Source: Blastocystis sp. Blastoise
Taxonomy: Eukaryota; Protista; Bigyra: Opalinata
NCBI GenBank assembly: GCA_039096225.1
Contig: JBBPEB010000006.1
Location: 1,302,001-1,366,000, forward strand
Reading direction: 5' to 3'
Length of the DNA: 64,000 bases
This document shows, one piece after another, positions 1 through 15,939 of this stretch. The notes under the pieces were generated by a model. It did no database searches. It saw only the letters and a program-made list of their open reading frames with translations, and had not been told where the DNA came from. The first letter of the stretch is position 1. Each line of letters starts with the position of its first letter. The translations under genes were made by a program, and so were the position numbers.

Positions 1-2596
1 CTCAACTCAATTTCCAGCAGCATCAAGATACTCTCAATTATACAAAAAAGCCAAAAAGACCCCAAAGAAGAAAAGTTGCAAGACAATGGAGACACTGATT
101 GTCTCTTTGTTTATCAATACTATAGAAATAATATATATACATATAAGATGATAATAAATATATATATATTGATTTTAAAGTAAATAAGAATAAAAAAATG
201 ATTAAAAAAAAGAAAAAAAAAATAAATAAAAATATACAGAAAAAAGGATATTTTTTAAGAAAGAAGAGATCATTGAGTGAACACAGAAAGTTGAAAAAGG
301 ACATCACACCAGTTTGAGTACATTTAAACCAAAGGAAAAAGGAAACAACGAACCCATCATGGGTGAATTAGCCTTTAGACTATATAAAATAATAATAAAA
401 TTAATGGAATAAATATATAAATACCTTGCAGATTGTTTGAACATACTAACATCAACAAGAAAGGAAATGAACACAGAGAATACCCATCAGGGTTACTAAC
501 AAGACATTCTAAATAATAATGGTATATTAAATAGATAAATAATATAGAATATATACCATTTGAAATCTTTAACTAACGACAAAAGGAATAGAGATTTTGA
601 AGAATGGAACAACTTGAAGACCTAAGAATGAAACAACTAGGAGATATAGAGATAATGAATAGATAAAATACAGAAATAAATCAAAAAGAAAACCTTTGAA
701 AGGTTTATAAGATAAATAAATAATGAAATTCAAATAATTATTAATAGGGACAAAAGAAAAGTGTCATTATAAATATGAATCACGATTTTATGAATGGATC
801 TTGTTATAATTTGAATAAATTTTATGTTTTTTTTAAAACTTGTTTTTTAAAAATAGTTTTTCTTTAGATAATGTGTTTTTAAAGGTATGTATGTGTTTTT
901 GAATGTTTATAATGAGTTAAAATGTAAACATTATTAGTAAATTTATTTTAATGAATTATTTTATAGATAAAAAAATAGTGATCTGTCACAAAGAGCTTTA
1001 ATTAAGAGTATTTATCATGGATTATGAACTTATAGAGATATTCAAAATGAAAATGAATTCAAATATCGTTTAATTATTGGTATTAGGAGATAAAAAGGTG
1101 ATGTTTATAATTGTATTTCAAATGAGTTAATAGAGTTGATATTGAGTTGATAGAGCTTATACTTGATAGAATAGAGTTGATTTTGATTTATTTATTTTTA
1201 AACAGTGAATGGATTGACAATGTTGACTTTTTATTGATTAAAGTGTTGTAAATTGTGTTTAAAATAGTATATAAAGATATAATATAAAGAAGTAAATTTC
1301 ATTATAATTATATTAATAAAAGAATATTTAAAATGTAAAACACAGATCGTTGTTTTATTCGTTTACGGTAAAAGTCAAATGAATCAGAAAAATTTTATTA
1401 AATTTCTTGATTAAAATTTTAATTTTAAAACTTTCTCTTTTATTTGTTTGCTTTAAACTACTATGTTGTTGTAATGTTTTAATCAGTTAAATATATTGAA
1501 TTTAATTAAGTGAGGATGTCCCTCTTTAATATTTAGTATATATTTTTTATATTATTTTACTTAATTGCGTTTTTTTTTTAGGAATCAGTGTTTTGAAAGA
1601 ATAAGCAAGTTACTCTAACATAAAATGACAATCCAGAACATCAAACATAAAAAGAATTATATAGTAAATACTTTTAGTATATAATTCTTTTCTAAATTAG
1701 TTTTCTTTATTTTCTTTAAATTTATTTTATAGTATTCAAATAATCACATTGACTTCAAAGTCGTTACTATGATTACTATGCGATTTATTATTATATTTTG
1801 ATGAATTGACTGTAATTCTATATTCTTTTAAATTTTTTTATATTTATATTATTATTTCATTTGTTGTTTTATAGCTATTTATTAAAGTAATTATTTATTA
1901 ATTAATTCGTATATTATAATTATCTTATTATAAGTATTTTATCTTTTGTATTTGTAATAAAATTATTTATATATATGTATTGTTTATTATTTATTATATT
2001 TATATAGGACTCTAATGAAGAAAACTACTCATATTAAAATAATTTATAAACAATAACTAAATCAAATTTATTATAATATGTATATATATTAGGAATAAAA
2101 TACAAATATATTACAACTAATATATATCTATATTATATTTTTATATTAAGAAATTTAGTAAATTAATATATATATATATATATAAATATAGATCAGTTTT
2201 ATATCACATAGATTATTCTATTATTATGTTAAATATGGATATAGATCTATTTGAAGAAGAAAGAAAAGAAGATAAATGAGAAAAGGGGAAGGTAATAATT
2301 ATGTTTATGAATCACCAAAATTAATATATATTGAATTTAATGATTGTATATAGATATATTATATATATACATATTAAATATATATAAATATATATAATAA
2401 TAAATAAAAGTGGAAGAGAGAAGAATTAAAATAGAAAATCGTTATAAATTCTATTCTTAGAATATAATATAATTATTATAGTTATTTTATTTGAATTTGT
2501 CTTGATTTTACTGTGATTATAATGAATATATTCAATTTATTTTAATGATATCAAACTAGAGATTCCTAATTATATCTTTAAAAGAAATAAAGAAGA

Positions 2597-2655
<59 letters not shown>

Positions 2656-2820
2656 TTTATTATTTTTATTCTATAAATATATAATATATTTATTATTATT
2701 ATTTTTTATTATTTATATGTTTTTTTTATACAGAAAAAGTTTATCTAGTATTTCCGGCTTTAATGAATTAGCAGCTAATGATAATAATTTGTATAATATT
2801 ATTAAATAAATTGATGGTGA

Positions 2821-2854
<34 letters not shown>

Positions 2855-3068
2855 TTTATTATAGTCATATAAGGTTGTTTCTTTATCTATAATATCATCT
2901 CGATGTGTTGCTTGTTCTTATAAATATATCTCAAGATAAGAAGTTACTTATTATAATCAAAGAAAACAGTATATATATATATATATATAATATAATAATA
3001 TATTTGTTTTTTTATTTATTTTTTATTTTTGATAAATATGATTCACTTATACATTACGGTGATAGTAG

Positions 3069-3102
<34 letters not shown>

Positions 3103-4655
3103 CTCAATTACTATTTTGAATCTATATCTTTATCTCTAAATTTTTAAATTGAATTTTTTTTATAAAAGTTATTAATCAACAAATATTATATATATATATA
3201 GATTTATATACATTATTATCTTCTAAGAGTTCATACCTTTCATCTTCTTGTCTTCAAGCCATTATTCTTACTCTTACAACCCTTCATATCTTCCATTTAC
3301 AGAAGGATTATATTCTTAAAGGTTTCCAATAACTTGATGTATATGAATATATTGTATAATATATATTATATATATATATTGTTTGTATAATATGTATCTA
3401 CTATATTTAATAATAATAATATATATATATATAGTACATAAATATTATATAGAGGATGATTCATCTTATTCATTTGTAGGTCCATTTGATATATTTAATA
3501 TACTTACTACCATTATAATGTATATATATATATATATTTCTAACAATAAAAATTTATAAGAATATATATATATAGAGAGAGAAAACAATTCAAATATTAA
3601 TCATTAAATAGCTATTTGAATGCTATTCTATATATATTCAATATATCCTATATTTGGTCTTTATTATTTAAAAAGGAAATATTTTTTGGAATAAATGAAT
3701 TGAATATTATGTTTGAATTGCTAGATTTGAAAATAGCTTCTATTTGATTTTTTTTATGTTAAAAAATATCTTATTAATGAATATATAGGTGTAAATATAT
3801 CGATTTATATAAAATATATAATATTATTTAAAAAAGAAAAGAAATAAATTGTTGTATATGGTTTAGAAGTGTTAAAAGAAAGATATAAACATTATTAAAT
3901 ATACTAAACTTATATATATATTGAAATATCGATTATAAATGGAAGAAGAACTATTCTATAGGTATATATATATTCTTATTATAGTTATAATTAATATATT
4001 TATTATTATTATAGTTATATATTATTTATATATATTTTATATAGTCATAAAAAATATATGCATCTTGAATATCATTATTCTATTCTCCTATTAGTGTAGT
4101 TGCTTATATTCTTCTTTTAAAAATAATTTATGAGTTTTTTTATTATTTTTTAAAAAAATTATATTATGGTTATAGAATAGTTTATGATATTAAATCATAT
4201 AATGTGATGAAACAGATTCATACTGAATTTGAAGAAATTCTTAAAGAAGAAATATTACTATTTTGTTATATATAATAAAAATAATACTATTGTATCTCCT
4301 TCTTCTATGCCATCCTCACAACAAAAAGATAAACTAAATCAAGCTTCTATTTCACATTGGAATAATACATTATTTACGCGATTATTTATGAATCGAAAAA
4401 GTCCTTCTGTGCTTTCAACTCCGAAATCTCATTCACCTATTCCACTTCGTTCAATGTCTCCTTCTATATCTCATTTTCCTTCTATTAATAATACAAATAT
4501 TTCTCCTATTACAACTATACATAGATCTTCATCTACTATTCCTTCTTCTTCATCTCATTCATTTACAGATTCTTCTAATTATTCAACACAACCTTTATCA
4601 TCTTCAACTATACCTATATCAAATGATTATACTCAATCATATTCTTCTATTCAAG

Positions 4656-4783
<128 letters not shown>

Positions 4784-5352
4784 AAAGATATGTTCTCCTT
4801 TTCTAACATATTTAAAAACATAAAATGAAGAAGATACTCAAGTTTCATAAGTAGTAATATTTCTGTGAATACTAATAATAATTCAAATAAATAATAATAA
4901 TTCAAATAACTTTATATTAACTAATAAAATAGCTATAAACCATTATAATGATTCATAAAATGAGTATATAAATAAAAATATGCCAATTCCTATGATTCCT
5001 CAAGATAAAGAATTATTTAAAAGAGAAATAGTATAAATAGAATACCTCAAAATAATCGATTTCATTCAAATAGTATATCTACAGTATATGATAATAATAT
5101 ACTATTAACAGATATAACAGAATCTTCGAAAACAAAACATTCATCATTACGTCTTCTTAGTCATTCTTCTTCTTCTTCTTCTATTCATAATTTACCTTCT
5201 ACTATATCGGATAGTTTATCTACATATATATACATAATCAGTCTGAAACTACTCATTATAATACTCCTGTTGGTCTTCTTCCTTCTTCTAAATATATTTT
5301 ATATAATATAGATTTATATTCATCTAATCCTTCTATAGATATACATTATTCA

Positions 5353-5785
<433 letters not shown>

Positions 5786-7492
5786 TAGAAATTGAAAATG
5801 AATTATCTACAAATGTGACTACTACTTCTTCTACTACTTCTAAAGCAGATTCGAATAGAATTCGAAGTGAGCTTATTCAACGTCGTATACGTTGTTTATG
5901 TATAAAGAGAATAGTTGAATGTAAAAGTTAATTTAGTAGTTATAATTATAAACCATAGAAATTATTATTATTTGATTTAGGAACTCCTTTATATGAAGTA
6001 TTACCTTATACTATATTAGGATTAAAGAAAGCACGAGTATTATTAAAATTACCTCATATAATACATTTTCTCCTTCTTTATATTATTTATATAATCTTCA
6101 ACTTTTATTATTACTTCTTTAGTTGAGTATTTATCATTAGGTATTTATTATAGTAAACAATTCCATATTAGTATTCTTAATGATATTATTACGGATATTT
6201 ATAATTTATTATGTATTAGAAGAAGAAATAATAATTTTGAAAATTAACAAAGAATGAAAGTAGAGAAGAAAATGAAATGAAAAAAGAAATAAAAAAATTA
6301 TTAATTATGATAATGATGAAATAGAAAAATTAAAATAAAATATTAAGGAAATAAAATAGTAATGATCAACGAAGAGTTATATAATATTATATATTTATTT
6401 TTTATTCATTATTATATATATAGAAGAATTAATGGATCATATATTGACTAGTAAAAATATAGTTTATATTACAATCCTTCTTGATATTATTCTATTTTAT
6501 ATATAGAGTAGGCAAAAATTTACTTATATAATTTTAGATCTGTTTTTATTGTTATATGTATATATATATATATATTATTTTATGTATTATAACGATACTA
6601 ATTATTCTATCTATTTATATAGAGAGATTTATTAGTATTATGAACTCATATATGCTATTTATTTGTGAATCCTATATGTTCTCCTAATCCTATTACTATC
6701 TCTACACTTTTTTTATTCTTGTTATTTCTTTCTTTCATTCTTATAAATACTCTTCTACTTTTATTATATTAAATAAATTGTAAATTAAGATAATATCTTC
6801 TTAAATTTATTTTAACTACTATATATTCTTAATTTCTTTATTATCTTCATCTAAAGAATATATATTTTATTATTAGCTTATTATTTATATCTTTCTCAAA
6901 AATGAATTGTAGAATTTTATGGAAGAATAATGATAATTGAAATATTAGCAATATTCTCAGAAACTTATTATTATCAAGAAGTAAATATTTTTTTATTATA
7001 TACTCTTATATATTATATAGATTGATTTATAAAATAACATATTGATTAGTTAGACTTGTAGGAGAATGGATGATATGAATTTTAGTCAAAGATGGCATGT
7101 TAATAATTGTATTAATAAGAAAGGTATATATATATATATATATATAGATTATTTACATATAGGAGGATCATCTTATTATGTGACTAATCCTATATCTATA
7201 TTCACTCTTCTATATACATATACTAAAAGATGTTTATAAGATGATATGATAAATTATAGTGTGTCATTTAACATTATTCAAAAATATTGTGAGAAAGGAG
7301 TACAATTAGTAACTACTGATAATAAAAGGTATATATTATTATTATTATTTTTTTGATATGTAGGTATTTTTTATTTATTATTCTTGCAAATAATTTTATA
7401 ATTAAATTGTATTATATATATTTATATTTATTTAAAGTCAACAAAATTATATATAAGAAATAGTAATTATAAATATATTTATTAAATATATC

Positions 7493-7527
<35 letters not shown>

Positions 7528-7787
7528 ATAATTTATTTTTCTTTATTTAGGTGATATAAAAAGAATTTATTAACGTTTAATTGTTCAAGATCTAAATCTA
7601 TATTATCATAATCAAAATTCCTATATATATATATAAAAGAAACTATTGTATATATACATTTTATTTATTTTTTTAATATTTTTTTGATACATATTATATT
7701 CTTTGATAAATTGTTGAATCATTCCGAATATAAGAATTGCATTATTATTATCATAAAATTTATCACACTTTATATATAATATTTATT

Positions 7788-7818
<31 letters not shown>

Positions 7819-8682
7819 CTTTTTTATATTGAACAATAATTTTTGATGTATTAATTTTAAATAATCTATATATATATATATATAGATAATTATATCAGAA
7901 TAATTAAATATACTTTTTCATTTGATTTATAATTTGATTAAGATATTTATCATTTCCATTTTCAAATTCAAAAAAATTATATATATTAATTGTAAGCGTT
8001 TTCTTTTTATCACCATTTGATAATTTATTAATTATTAAATAATATCTATCTTTATTTCTATACAATAATAATAATAGTAATAATAATAATATTAATATAT
8101 ATATATATATATATAGATTAATACTTTAAATAGATTGTAAATATAAAAAATATTGGTGAATTGGAATTAAAATGAATCTGAATTTCATCAGATATATTAT
8201 ATAACTATATATATATTATTGTTAATAATAGGTATATATATATATATATATATATATACATAAGAATCATTAATAAAATCATTATAATTATAGTAGTTAT
8301 GAATGAATAAATTTATATTATTGGTTGTTACAATTTGGTTATAAACATTCAAATATAAATATATATCAAATAATTCACTTGGAAAAGATCCTTCATGTAA
8401 GAATGTATACTATATATATTATATTATATTATATTATATTATATTATATTATATACATATTGTTTTTCATTAACTATTATCTCATTATCTATATATATAT
8501 ATATATATTATATTATATTATATTATATAATACTAATTAGATTATATGTTTGTTTATTATTTATTTGTATAGGATCATTTTCATATTGACTATTTTGACT
8601 ATTATTATAACAACTAGCTGTATATATATATATATAAATATTATATTATTATATTATATACATTATATATATATATATTATA

Positions 8683-10095
8683 TTATATTATATTATATAT
8701 ATATATACAAATATTAATATTATCATTTGAATAATTTATAGATAAATTTGATGATTGATTATGAATTTCTTTGCTTATATCATTATTTTCAGATAATGAA
8801 GTATAATCATATACATCAGTAGGTATTATATTATCAGCATTAATATTATCAATATTATATTTAATAGATGATTGTATATTAGAATTATTAGCTGAAATTA
8901 TATTAGCTGAAGATTGGTTATTATTTTGAATAACTTTAGATGCATATTCATTAGTATTTTGAAGTTTTTGGAAAGAAATATTATTACTATTACTAATTAT
9001 TGGATTAGCCAAATTATTATTGATATTATTTAATAAGATATTAGGAGATGAAGAAATTATATTATCATTACTACTAATTATTGGATTTAATGAATTATTG
9101 TAATTGATTGATGAATTAAGATAGTTATTATTATTTATTAATGGATTTGAAGAACTGTTATGATTAATGAATGAATTAGAAGAATTATTATTATTTTGAT
9201 TATTAATATTGATTGATGAATTAAGATAATTATTATTATTGATTGATGAATTAAGATTGTTGTTATTATTGATTGATGAACTAAGATAATTGATATTATT
9301 GATTGATGGATTAGAAGAATTGTTATAATTGATTGATGTACTAGATAAATTATGATTATTATTTACTATTGGATTAGATAAATTATGATTATTATTTGAT
9401 ATTGGATAAGAAGAATTGTTACAATTGATTGATGTATTAGATAAATTATGATTATTATTTGATATTGGATAAGAAGAATTGTTATAATTGATTGATGTAT
9501 TAGATAAATTATGATTATTAGTTGATATTGGATAAGAAGAATTGTTATAATTGATTGATGCATTAGATAAATTATGATTATTATTTACTATTGGATTAGA
9601 TAAATTATGATTATTATTTGATATTGGATAAGAAGAATTATTAATGAATGAATTAGAAGAATTATTATTATTTTGATTATTATTGTTGATTAATGGATTA
9701 GATAAATTATTTATTATTTGCTTAGAAGAATTATCATTGATAGAATTATCACTATTGGAAATGATAGAAATATTAAACTGATCAATATCTTCAACAGAAT
9801 TATGAATACTTGGAATTGGAGAATAATAATTATTTAATATATTATTATTATTTAGATTATATTGATTATTTAATGAATCATTTATACTATAATTATTATC
9901 ATTGTTATTAGAATTAAATGAAGGAAGAAGAAGAGGAGAAATAAGTTCTATACTTTTTTTATTTTCATCATCATTCATACTATTGAACTTTATAATGGGA
10001 GATATAATTATAGGAGATATTTGTTGATCTGATAATTTAATATATTTATTTTCATTGTTACAATTATTTATTTTAGCACTATCTTTTGATTCCAT
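8683..10095 (-). CDS. Large exon of an Asn/Ser-rich low-complexity protein with ~20-aa tandem repeats (NNSSYPISNNNHNLSNTSINY); further, partly decayed exons probably lie in 7500-8620
   Basis: 470-aa open frame with ~60-bp tandem repeats; intron-like boundary near its 3' end. Confidence 0.5.
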   Translation of the reverse strand: MESKDSAKINNCNNENKYIKLSDQQISPIIISPIIKFNSMNDDENKKSIELISPLLLPSFNSNNNDNNYSINDSLNNQYNLNNNNILNNYYSPIPSIHNSVEDIDQFNISIISNSDNSINDNSSKQIINNLSNPLINNNNQNNNNSSNSFINNSSYPISNNNHNLSNPIVNNNHNLSNASINYNNSSYPISTNNHNLSNTSINYNNSSYPISNNNHNLSNTSINCNNSSYPISNNNHNLSNPIVNNNHNLSSTSINYNNSSNPSINNINYLSSSINNNNNLNSSINNNNYLNSSININNQNNNNSSNSFINHNSSSNPLINNNNYLNSSINYNNSLNPIISSNDNIISSSPNILLNNINNNLANPIISNSNNISFQKLQNTNEYASKVIQNNNQSSANIISANNSNIQSSIKYNIDNINADNIIPTDVYDYTSLSENNDISKEIHNQSSNLSINYSNDNINICIYIYNII

Positions 10096-10109
10096 CTATG
10101 GGATATATA

Positions 10110-10369
10110 TGATAATATGAATATACATGAATAATATGAATATGAATATATATGGATAATATGAATATGAATATGAATATGAATATGAATATGAATATGA
10201 ATACATATGAATAATATGAATATGAATATGAATATGAATATGAATATGAATATGAATATGAATATGAATATGAATATGAATATGAATATGAATATGAATA
10301 CATATGGATAATATGAATATACATGAATAATATGAATATGAATATATATGGATAATATGAATATGAATA
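10110..10369. repeat. (GAATAT)n hexamer satellite
   Basis: Directly visible tandem hexamers with variant units. Confidence 0.9.
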
Positions 10370-10392
10370 TAGGGTTAGGGTTAGGGTTAGGG
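10370..10392 (+). repeat. Interstitial telomere-type repeat (TTAGGG)~4
   Basis: tagggttagggttagggttaggg directly after the hexamer satellite. Confidence 0.7.
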
Positions 10393-10486
10393 AAAAAAAA
10401 ATATATAATGAGAGTATGTTAATTTATGTTATAAAAATATATTATATTATAAATATAATTGGATAAAAAAAGATATTATTGATTTA

Positions 10487-11060
10487 ATTGGTAGTCTAGA
10501 ATCGTAGAATCGTAGAGTCTACGATTGTACGATTGTAGGATTAAATAAACCAATAGAATAAGTTTAAAAAAAAATCAACCAAAATAGTATTAGGGTAAAA
10601 AAGTGAACCAAAATAGTATTAGGGTAAAAAAATGATAGAATAAAGTGGTAATGTTTTAAAAGAAGTGTTCTCAAAATTTTATTAGGGTGAAAATAATTAA
10701 TTTAATTGGTTAAAAAAATAAAATAAATTAATTGGGTATTGTAGAATTGAAAAAAGAAGAAAATAATTGGATAAAAAAAGATTTATCCAATAAAAATAGA
10801 GTTTTTCATTTCTACAATCATAGAATCGTAGAGTCTACGATTCTACGATTGTAGAATATAAGATAATGAATTTGATTGGTAGTCTACAATCGTAGAGTCT
10901 ACGATTCTACGATTGTAGGATTGTAGGATAATGAATTTGATTGGCTGTCTACAATCCTAGAATCGTAGAGTCTACGATTCTACGATTGTAGGATGAAATA
11001 AGCCAATAGAATGAATTAAAATAAAAAAGTCAACCAAAATGTTATTAGGGTAAAAAAGTG
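10487..11060. repeat. Four palindromic (ATCGTAGA)n-G-(TCTACGAT)n modules with flanking ATTGG/CCAAT and TATTAGGGTAAAA repeats
   Basis: Copies at ~10495, ~10811, ~10883 and ~10947; 10468-10605 is duplicated at ~10935-11060. Confidence 0.75.
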
Positions 11061-12282
11061 GTTGACCTTTTTGAGAGGCTTTAATATTTTACTTTACTTT
11101 TTTTGTTTTTTATTAAAGTTATAATGGTAATTCTTTTATTTTTATTTATTTAATGAATTCTATATATTTATTTTTATTTTTATAATGAAATATTATTTAT
11201 ATTAAATAATAAATAGACGCCATTCTTGGCTTGGGTTTGAATGTGTAGCTATTTATAGTGTTAGGATACTTGTGGTCTGTTGAAATGTGGTGATATATAT
11301 GGATCTGTTTGAATTACTACGTTTGAAAAGGTTTAAGGTAAGAATGGGAAGATTTTAATTATGGTATATATTTTATTTTTATATTATATCATACTGTTAT
11401 AATAGGTAAGATGCTGTATCGATGATGCTGATGTCTTTGAACGATAAGTTCAGACATCAGTATATTGTGTCGTTTTTTAGGTCTTCCTTTTCGTTGTTTT
11501 CGTTGTTAGTGGTGTTTGGTGATGGTTTTCTGCTCAATAGGTGGTGTTAGTGACATTCAAGAATTTTTAAAGGTATGTAAAAAATAGACAATTAACTTAA
11601 TTGTCTATAAATATTTTATATTAGAGGCATTGTTAGAAATACCCAAAAAATACCATAATTATTTTAACCTACCCAAAAAAAAAACGAATTGTTAGAAATA
11701 CCCAAAAATATTCAAAATTTTTGTTAAAATACCCAAAAATTTTACAAAATTGTTAGAAATACCCAAAACTTTTTCAAGACTCTAAACGATTGGTACTTTG
11801 AAAACACAAATTTCTTAATAACCAATTAAAATTCTTTTTCTTTATTTTGTTAGAATTAGAAAAAAAACTCCAGAATATTTTTATATTTGATTTATTATAT
11901 TTCACAAGTGAAGCTTATACTATGTAAGACATTAAAAAAATTTAATAAATTCTCATAATAATGAAGAAAAATAACTATCTAAGTTAAAACCAGCATTTCA
12001 TTTTACATATTTTATATAATTGCTAGAATTTTTAAACTAAATATAATATAAATATTTCAGATACTTTTATCAATTGACTGGAGTCATTTATAATGTAATA
12101 ATATATAGTACTGCTCTCAAATAAAGCATTTAGAAAACAACAATGCTAATTTTCCTGATTTTTTGGTGATTTTCCTCTATAAAAATAATATTTGCAGTTA
12201 TAAATCACCAAAAAATACATTTATTTATTTTTCACTATATCTACACGACTAAAAAGTTAATTACTACAAATTGTCGGCAACT

Positions 12283-13306
12283 ATGTCTGTATATAGACGA
12301 AAAACACATTTTCATTATTATTTTTTAATAATTAGACAATTGATTCAAGTCAGCCACAAGAAGATGTGGAAAATCGTTTTTGTATGAATAAGGTTGATTA
12401 CAGTGACTTCAAAAATAGTGAAGAAATTAAGAAATTTGAAAATGAAGAAACATATGGAGTACAAATTATGTACGAAAATAAGTCTAAACTCAAAAGTGAT
12501 GTCTCAATTCAAATGCAAAAGCTAGGATATCCAATTAAGGTTCAAAAATCAGAAAAAGGAAGAATTATTTACAAATGTTGTGTTTCCGATTGCCCGTTTA
12601 TGCTTCATTTCCAAGGTGACGACGTTTCTGGATGGATAATGAAAAGATACTGTCATCATGACTCAACTGTATGTTATTTAATTAATTATTATAGTTTATA
12701 CTTATTATTAATATAGAAATGCAATCGTTTTAATATGATTTACATTAAGCTTAACAAACAAAATAAAATAGATTATCAAATTATTAAGACAAGTAACTAA
12801 ATATAAATATAATATATAATGTATATAATATTCTATTATATACAGTGATAAAAAATCGAATTAAAAATCATCAATTTAATATAAGGTATATATATATATC
12901 AATATATAAATTGTGAGAGAGAAATCTATACATTGAATAAAGAAGGAAAAAGAGGAAAATAAATATATAGAGAGAAAAAAATGAAATACAGTAGTATATG
13001 TATGTGAAAAGTGTTATATATTAATTCAATGTATGAGAGTAATAGAAGAAATATCCACCTATATATATAGAGAAAGGAAGATTATATAATATATACAGAG
13101 AGAAAGAAAGAAAGAAAAATTCTATTATATATATAGTAAGAATGAAAGAAAGAAACATTTATGAATATATAAAGAGAGAACGACAGATATATATATATAG
13201 AGAGAGAGAGAGAAAGCGATAGAAAAAAATATCTAATATATATATATATATTGAGAGAGTAAGAGATGGAAGAGATAGAGAGAGATGCATAGAAAGAAGC
13301 AAAGAA

Positions 13307-13367
<61 letters not shown>

Positions 13368-15639
13368 TAAGTCTTAATCCAATGATTCTATCAAAAGATG
13401 CTAGTAATAGTAATGATCAAAATCATGAAGATGAAGCTGAGATACATGAAACTATCAATTTTACACACAATTCTCGGAGCTCAGATGCTAATTCTAATCC
13501 TACAAATACCCAAACTCTTCCTATCTTAGAAGATCCATTCATATCTAGTAAAAATTCTGAAATGGTCATAGAAGATATAAATAAATCAAAGGATAATAAT
13601 CATGAAGATGAAGAAAGTAGAACAATTGATATAGAATTGAATATTGAAGATACATCAATAGATAATGTGTTTTCTTATGAAGAACAAAATGAAGGAATTA
13701 CAGAAGATAGATTTAATAATATATTTAAAGATATTTCTGATAAATGTATATTTATTCAATATAAGTCACATAAATACAATCAAGATATAAGCTCAAATGA
13801 TGTTGTGAGTTATTTAAAGGAAAATAATCTAGCCAAGTATTTCAAATCAATATCTCAGTTAAAACAATTCCTGGAGAAGAAGAATATCAGTGTTTCATAT
13901 GAAATAGCAAGAAACGCCTTAAGAGAATTAGGTATTAAGTCAACTAATGACTATAGTAAAATACCATGTATTATAAAAAGTATAATAAGCAAAGAAAATT
14001 ATGCTATATATGGTTGCCTCCCTCCAGGATATACATATAAGAATATTAATGCTTATCCTTCTTCTTCTTATATTCAATCTAATATAGATGAGAATATAGT
14101 AGATAATCATTTAGAACAAGATGAAACTTTCAGAGTAAACTTGGAAGATAGTGTTCTGAATTATTCTGAAAATGATTCAGTTTGTAGTGGAAATAATTCC
14201 AATATGAATATACATGAAGAAATAAACATGGATAGAGAATTAAACAAAGCAGTAGGGAATAATAAAGTAATAAGTCATGAGTTTCTATATTCTTTTGTAT
14301 CTATTAAATCAAATATAGCATTATATAAGAAGGGAAATAAAGCAGTAATCTTTATGGATGGAACTCATATGTATATGAATGATCATATCATATTAACTGC
14401 TATATCCATTACTATTAATAGACAAATACTTCTTCTTGCTTATGGTATATATGCTGTAGAGTGTTTAGCTACCTGGAGTGATTTCCAAACTAATCTGAAA
14501 AAAGCACTTGAACTCATGTCATGTAAAACTACAAACATAACATTTTTCTCAGATATGGACAAAGGTCTCAAAGGAAGCCTAGGAGTAGTCTTTCCTGAAT
14601 GCACATATATATCATGTGCATTTCATATTCTAAAGAAGATGACAAATGTGAATTCAAGAATAATAGGACTAATATCACAACTCATTCTAATTGATGATGA
14701 AGAAGAATTCTATAAGCTTATTAATGATTCTTCAATAACAGAGAACCAGAAGAAGCAAATACTCTCACAAAGGGGAAAGAATATGTATAATATAGATCTA
14801 CCACCTCATGTATCCAGATATGGATACATTGCCTCAAGTTTGGCCGAGTCATTTAATAATCTTATTAGTGACATAAGAGGAATGTCTATACAGAAGGTAT
14901 TGTTTGAAATCTATAATCATGCAATTAATTATCAACTGAAAATAAAAGAGGCACCTCATATATCATTCTTTCTTCCTTACTTTCAAAAAGAGTTTGATAT
15001 GGCTGATATATTTGTTTCTAATGTGATATCATATAAGAGTATAAATAAGGGTTTATATAGACTAGTAATGGAAGAAGAAAACCGTGAATACATAATTAAT
15101 TTTGAACAGAATACATGTTCTTGTTCAATTTTTCAATACCAAGGTTATCCTTGTATACATGCTATTCTTCTATATAAAAAGTATAATAGCAGTGTTTCGT
15201 ATAATCAACAAGGAATTGACGATTTCAATACTATTGCCAAATACTTCATTCCATATAAGAACCATATGAATACTTATTATAATTATTATGTAGATAGGTA
15301 ATGATATATATAATACATATTATATAAATATTTTTTTTTGTTATATATAGAAGAATAGATGATTCATGCTTGAAAGAAGAAAGTCACATAAATATTACAG
15401 GACCAAATAATCCAATTCGTAAATCAGGTCGACCATCTAAGTTTAACTATTCTCATATAACATCTTATTATCTGAAAAATAAGTATTGGAAAATAAAGAA
15501 CAGTATTCCAGCTTTGGAGTGTTTGAATGAGTGTGCAGTTGAAGCTGAAAAAGAGAAATATGAAGAAACTGATATTGCCTCAATTCCTACACTTGAAGAT
15601 GTAGAATCATCAGAATATAGTTCGAAGAGAAGAAAGTAG
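12283..15639 (+). CDS. MULE (MuDR-type) DDE transposase with SWIM zinc finger, 6 exons, ~892 aa
   Basis: Exons 12283-12288, 12336-12668, 12717-12792, 12846-12885, 13363-15297 and 15351-15639 splice in frame via GT-AG introns. Motifs: N-terminal YKCCVSDCPF..HH Zn domain, FMDGTH, SDMDKGL, CAFH, ESFN, SWIM CSC..QGYPCIH, AT-hook-like RKSGRP. Confidence 0.92.
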
Positions 15640-15939
15640 TATTTTTTAAATGATAAGTCTATGTATATACTTATTATAATCTATAATACATATTAATTTT
15701 TTTACATTCCTAATAATATAAAATATTTTTAATTAATCATATTTAATATAAATGTCTTCTTATTTATAAGATCATTGTTTTGTTATTGATTCAAATATAA
15801 TATCATATATGTCGTTGATATTGCAGATATTCATATTAAAGAGACTAAGACTAATAAAAAAGAATACTCATCAACGGATATAAATCCAAAATGAAACCAG
15901 CTAGAGTAATATGTATTACAAATTATTGCATATGCAAAT

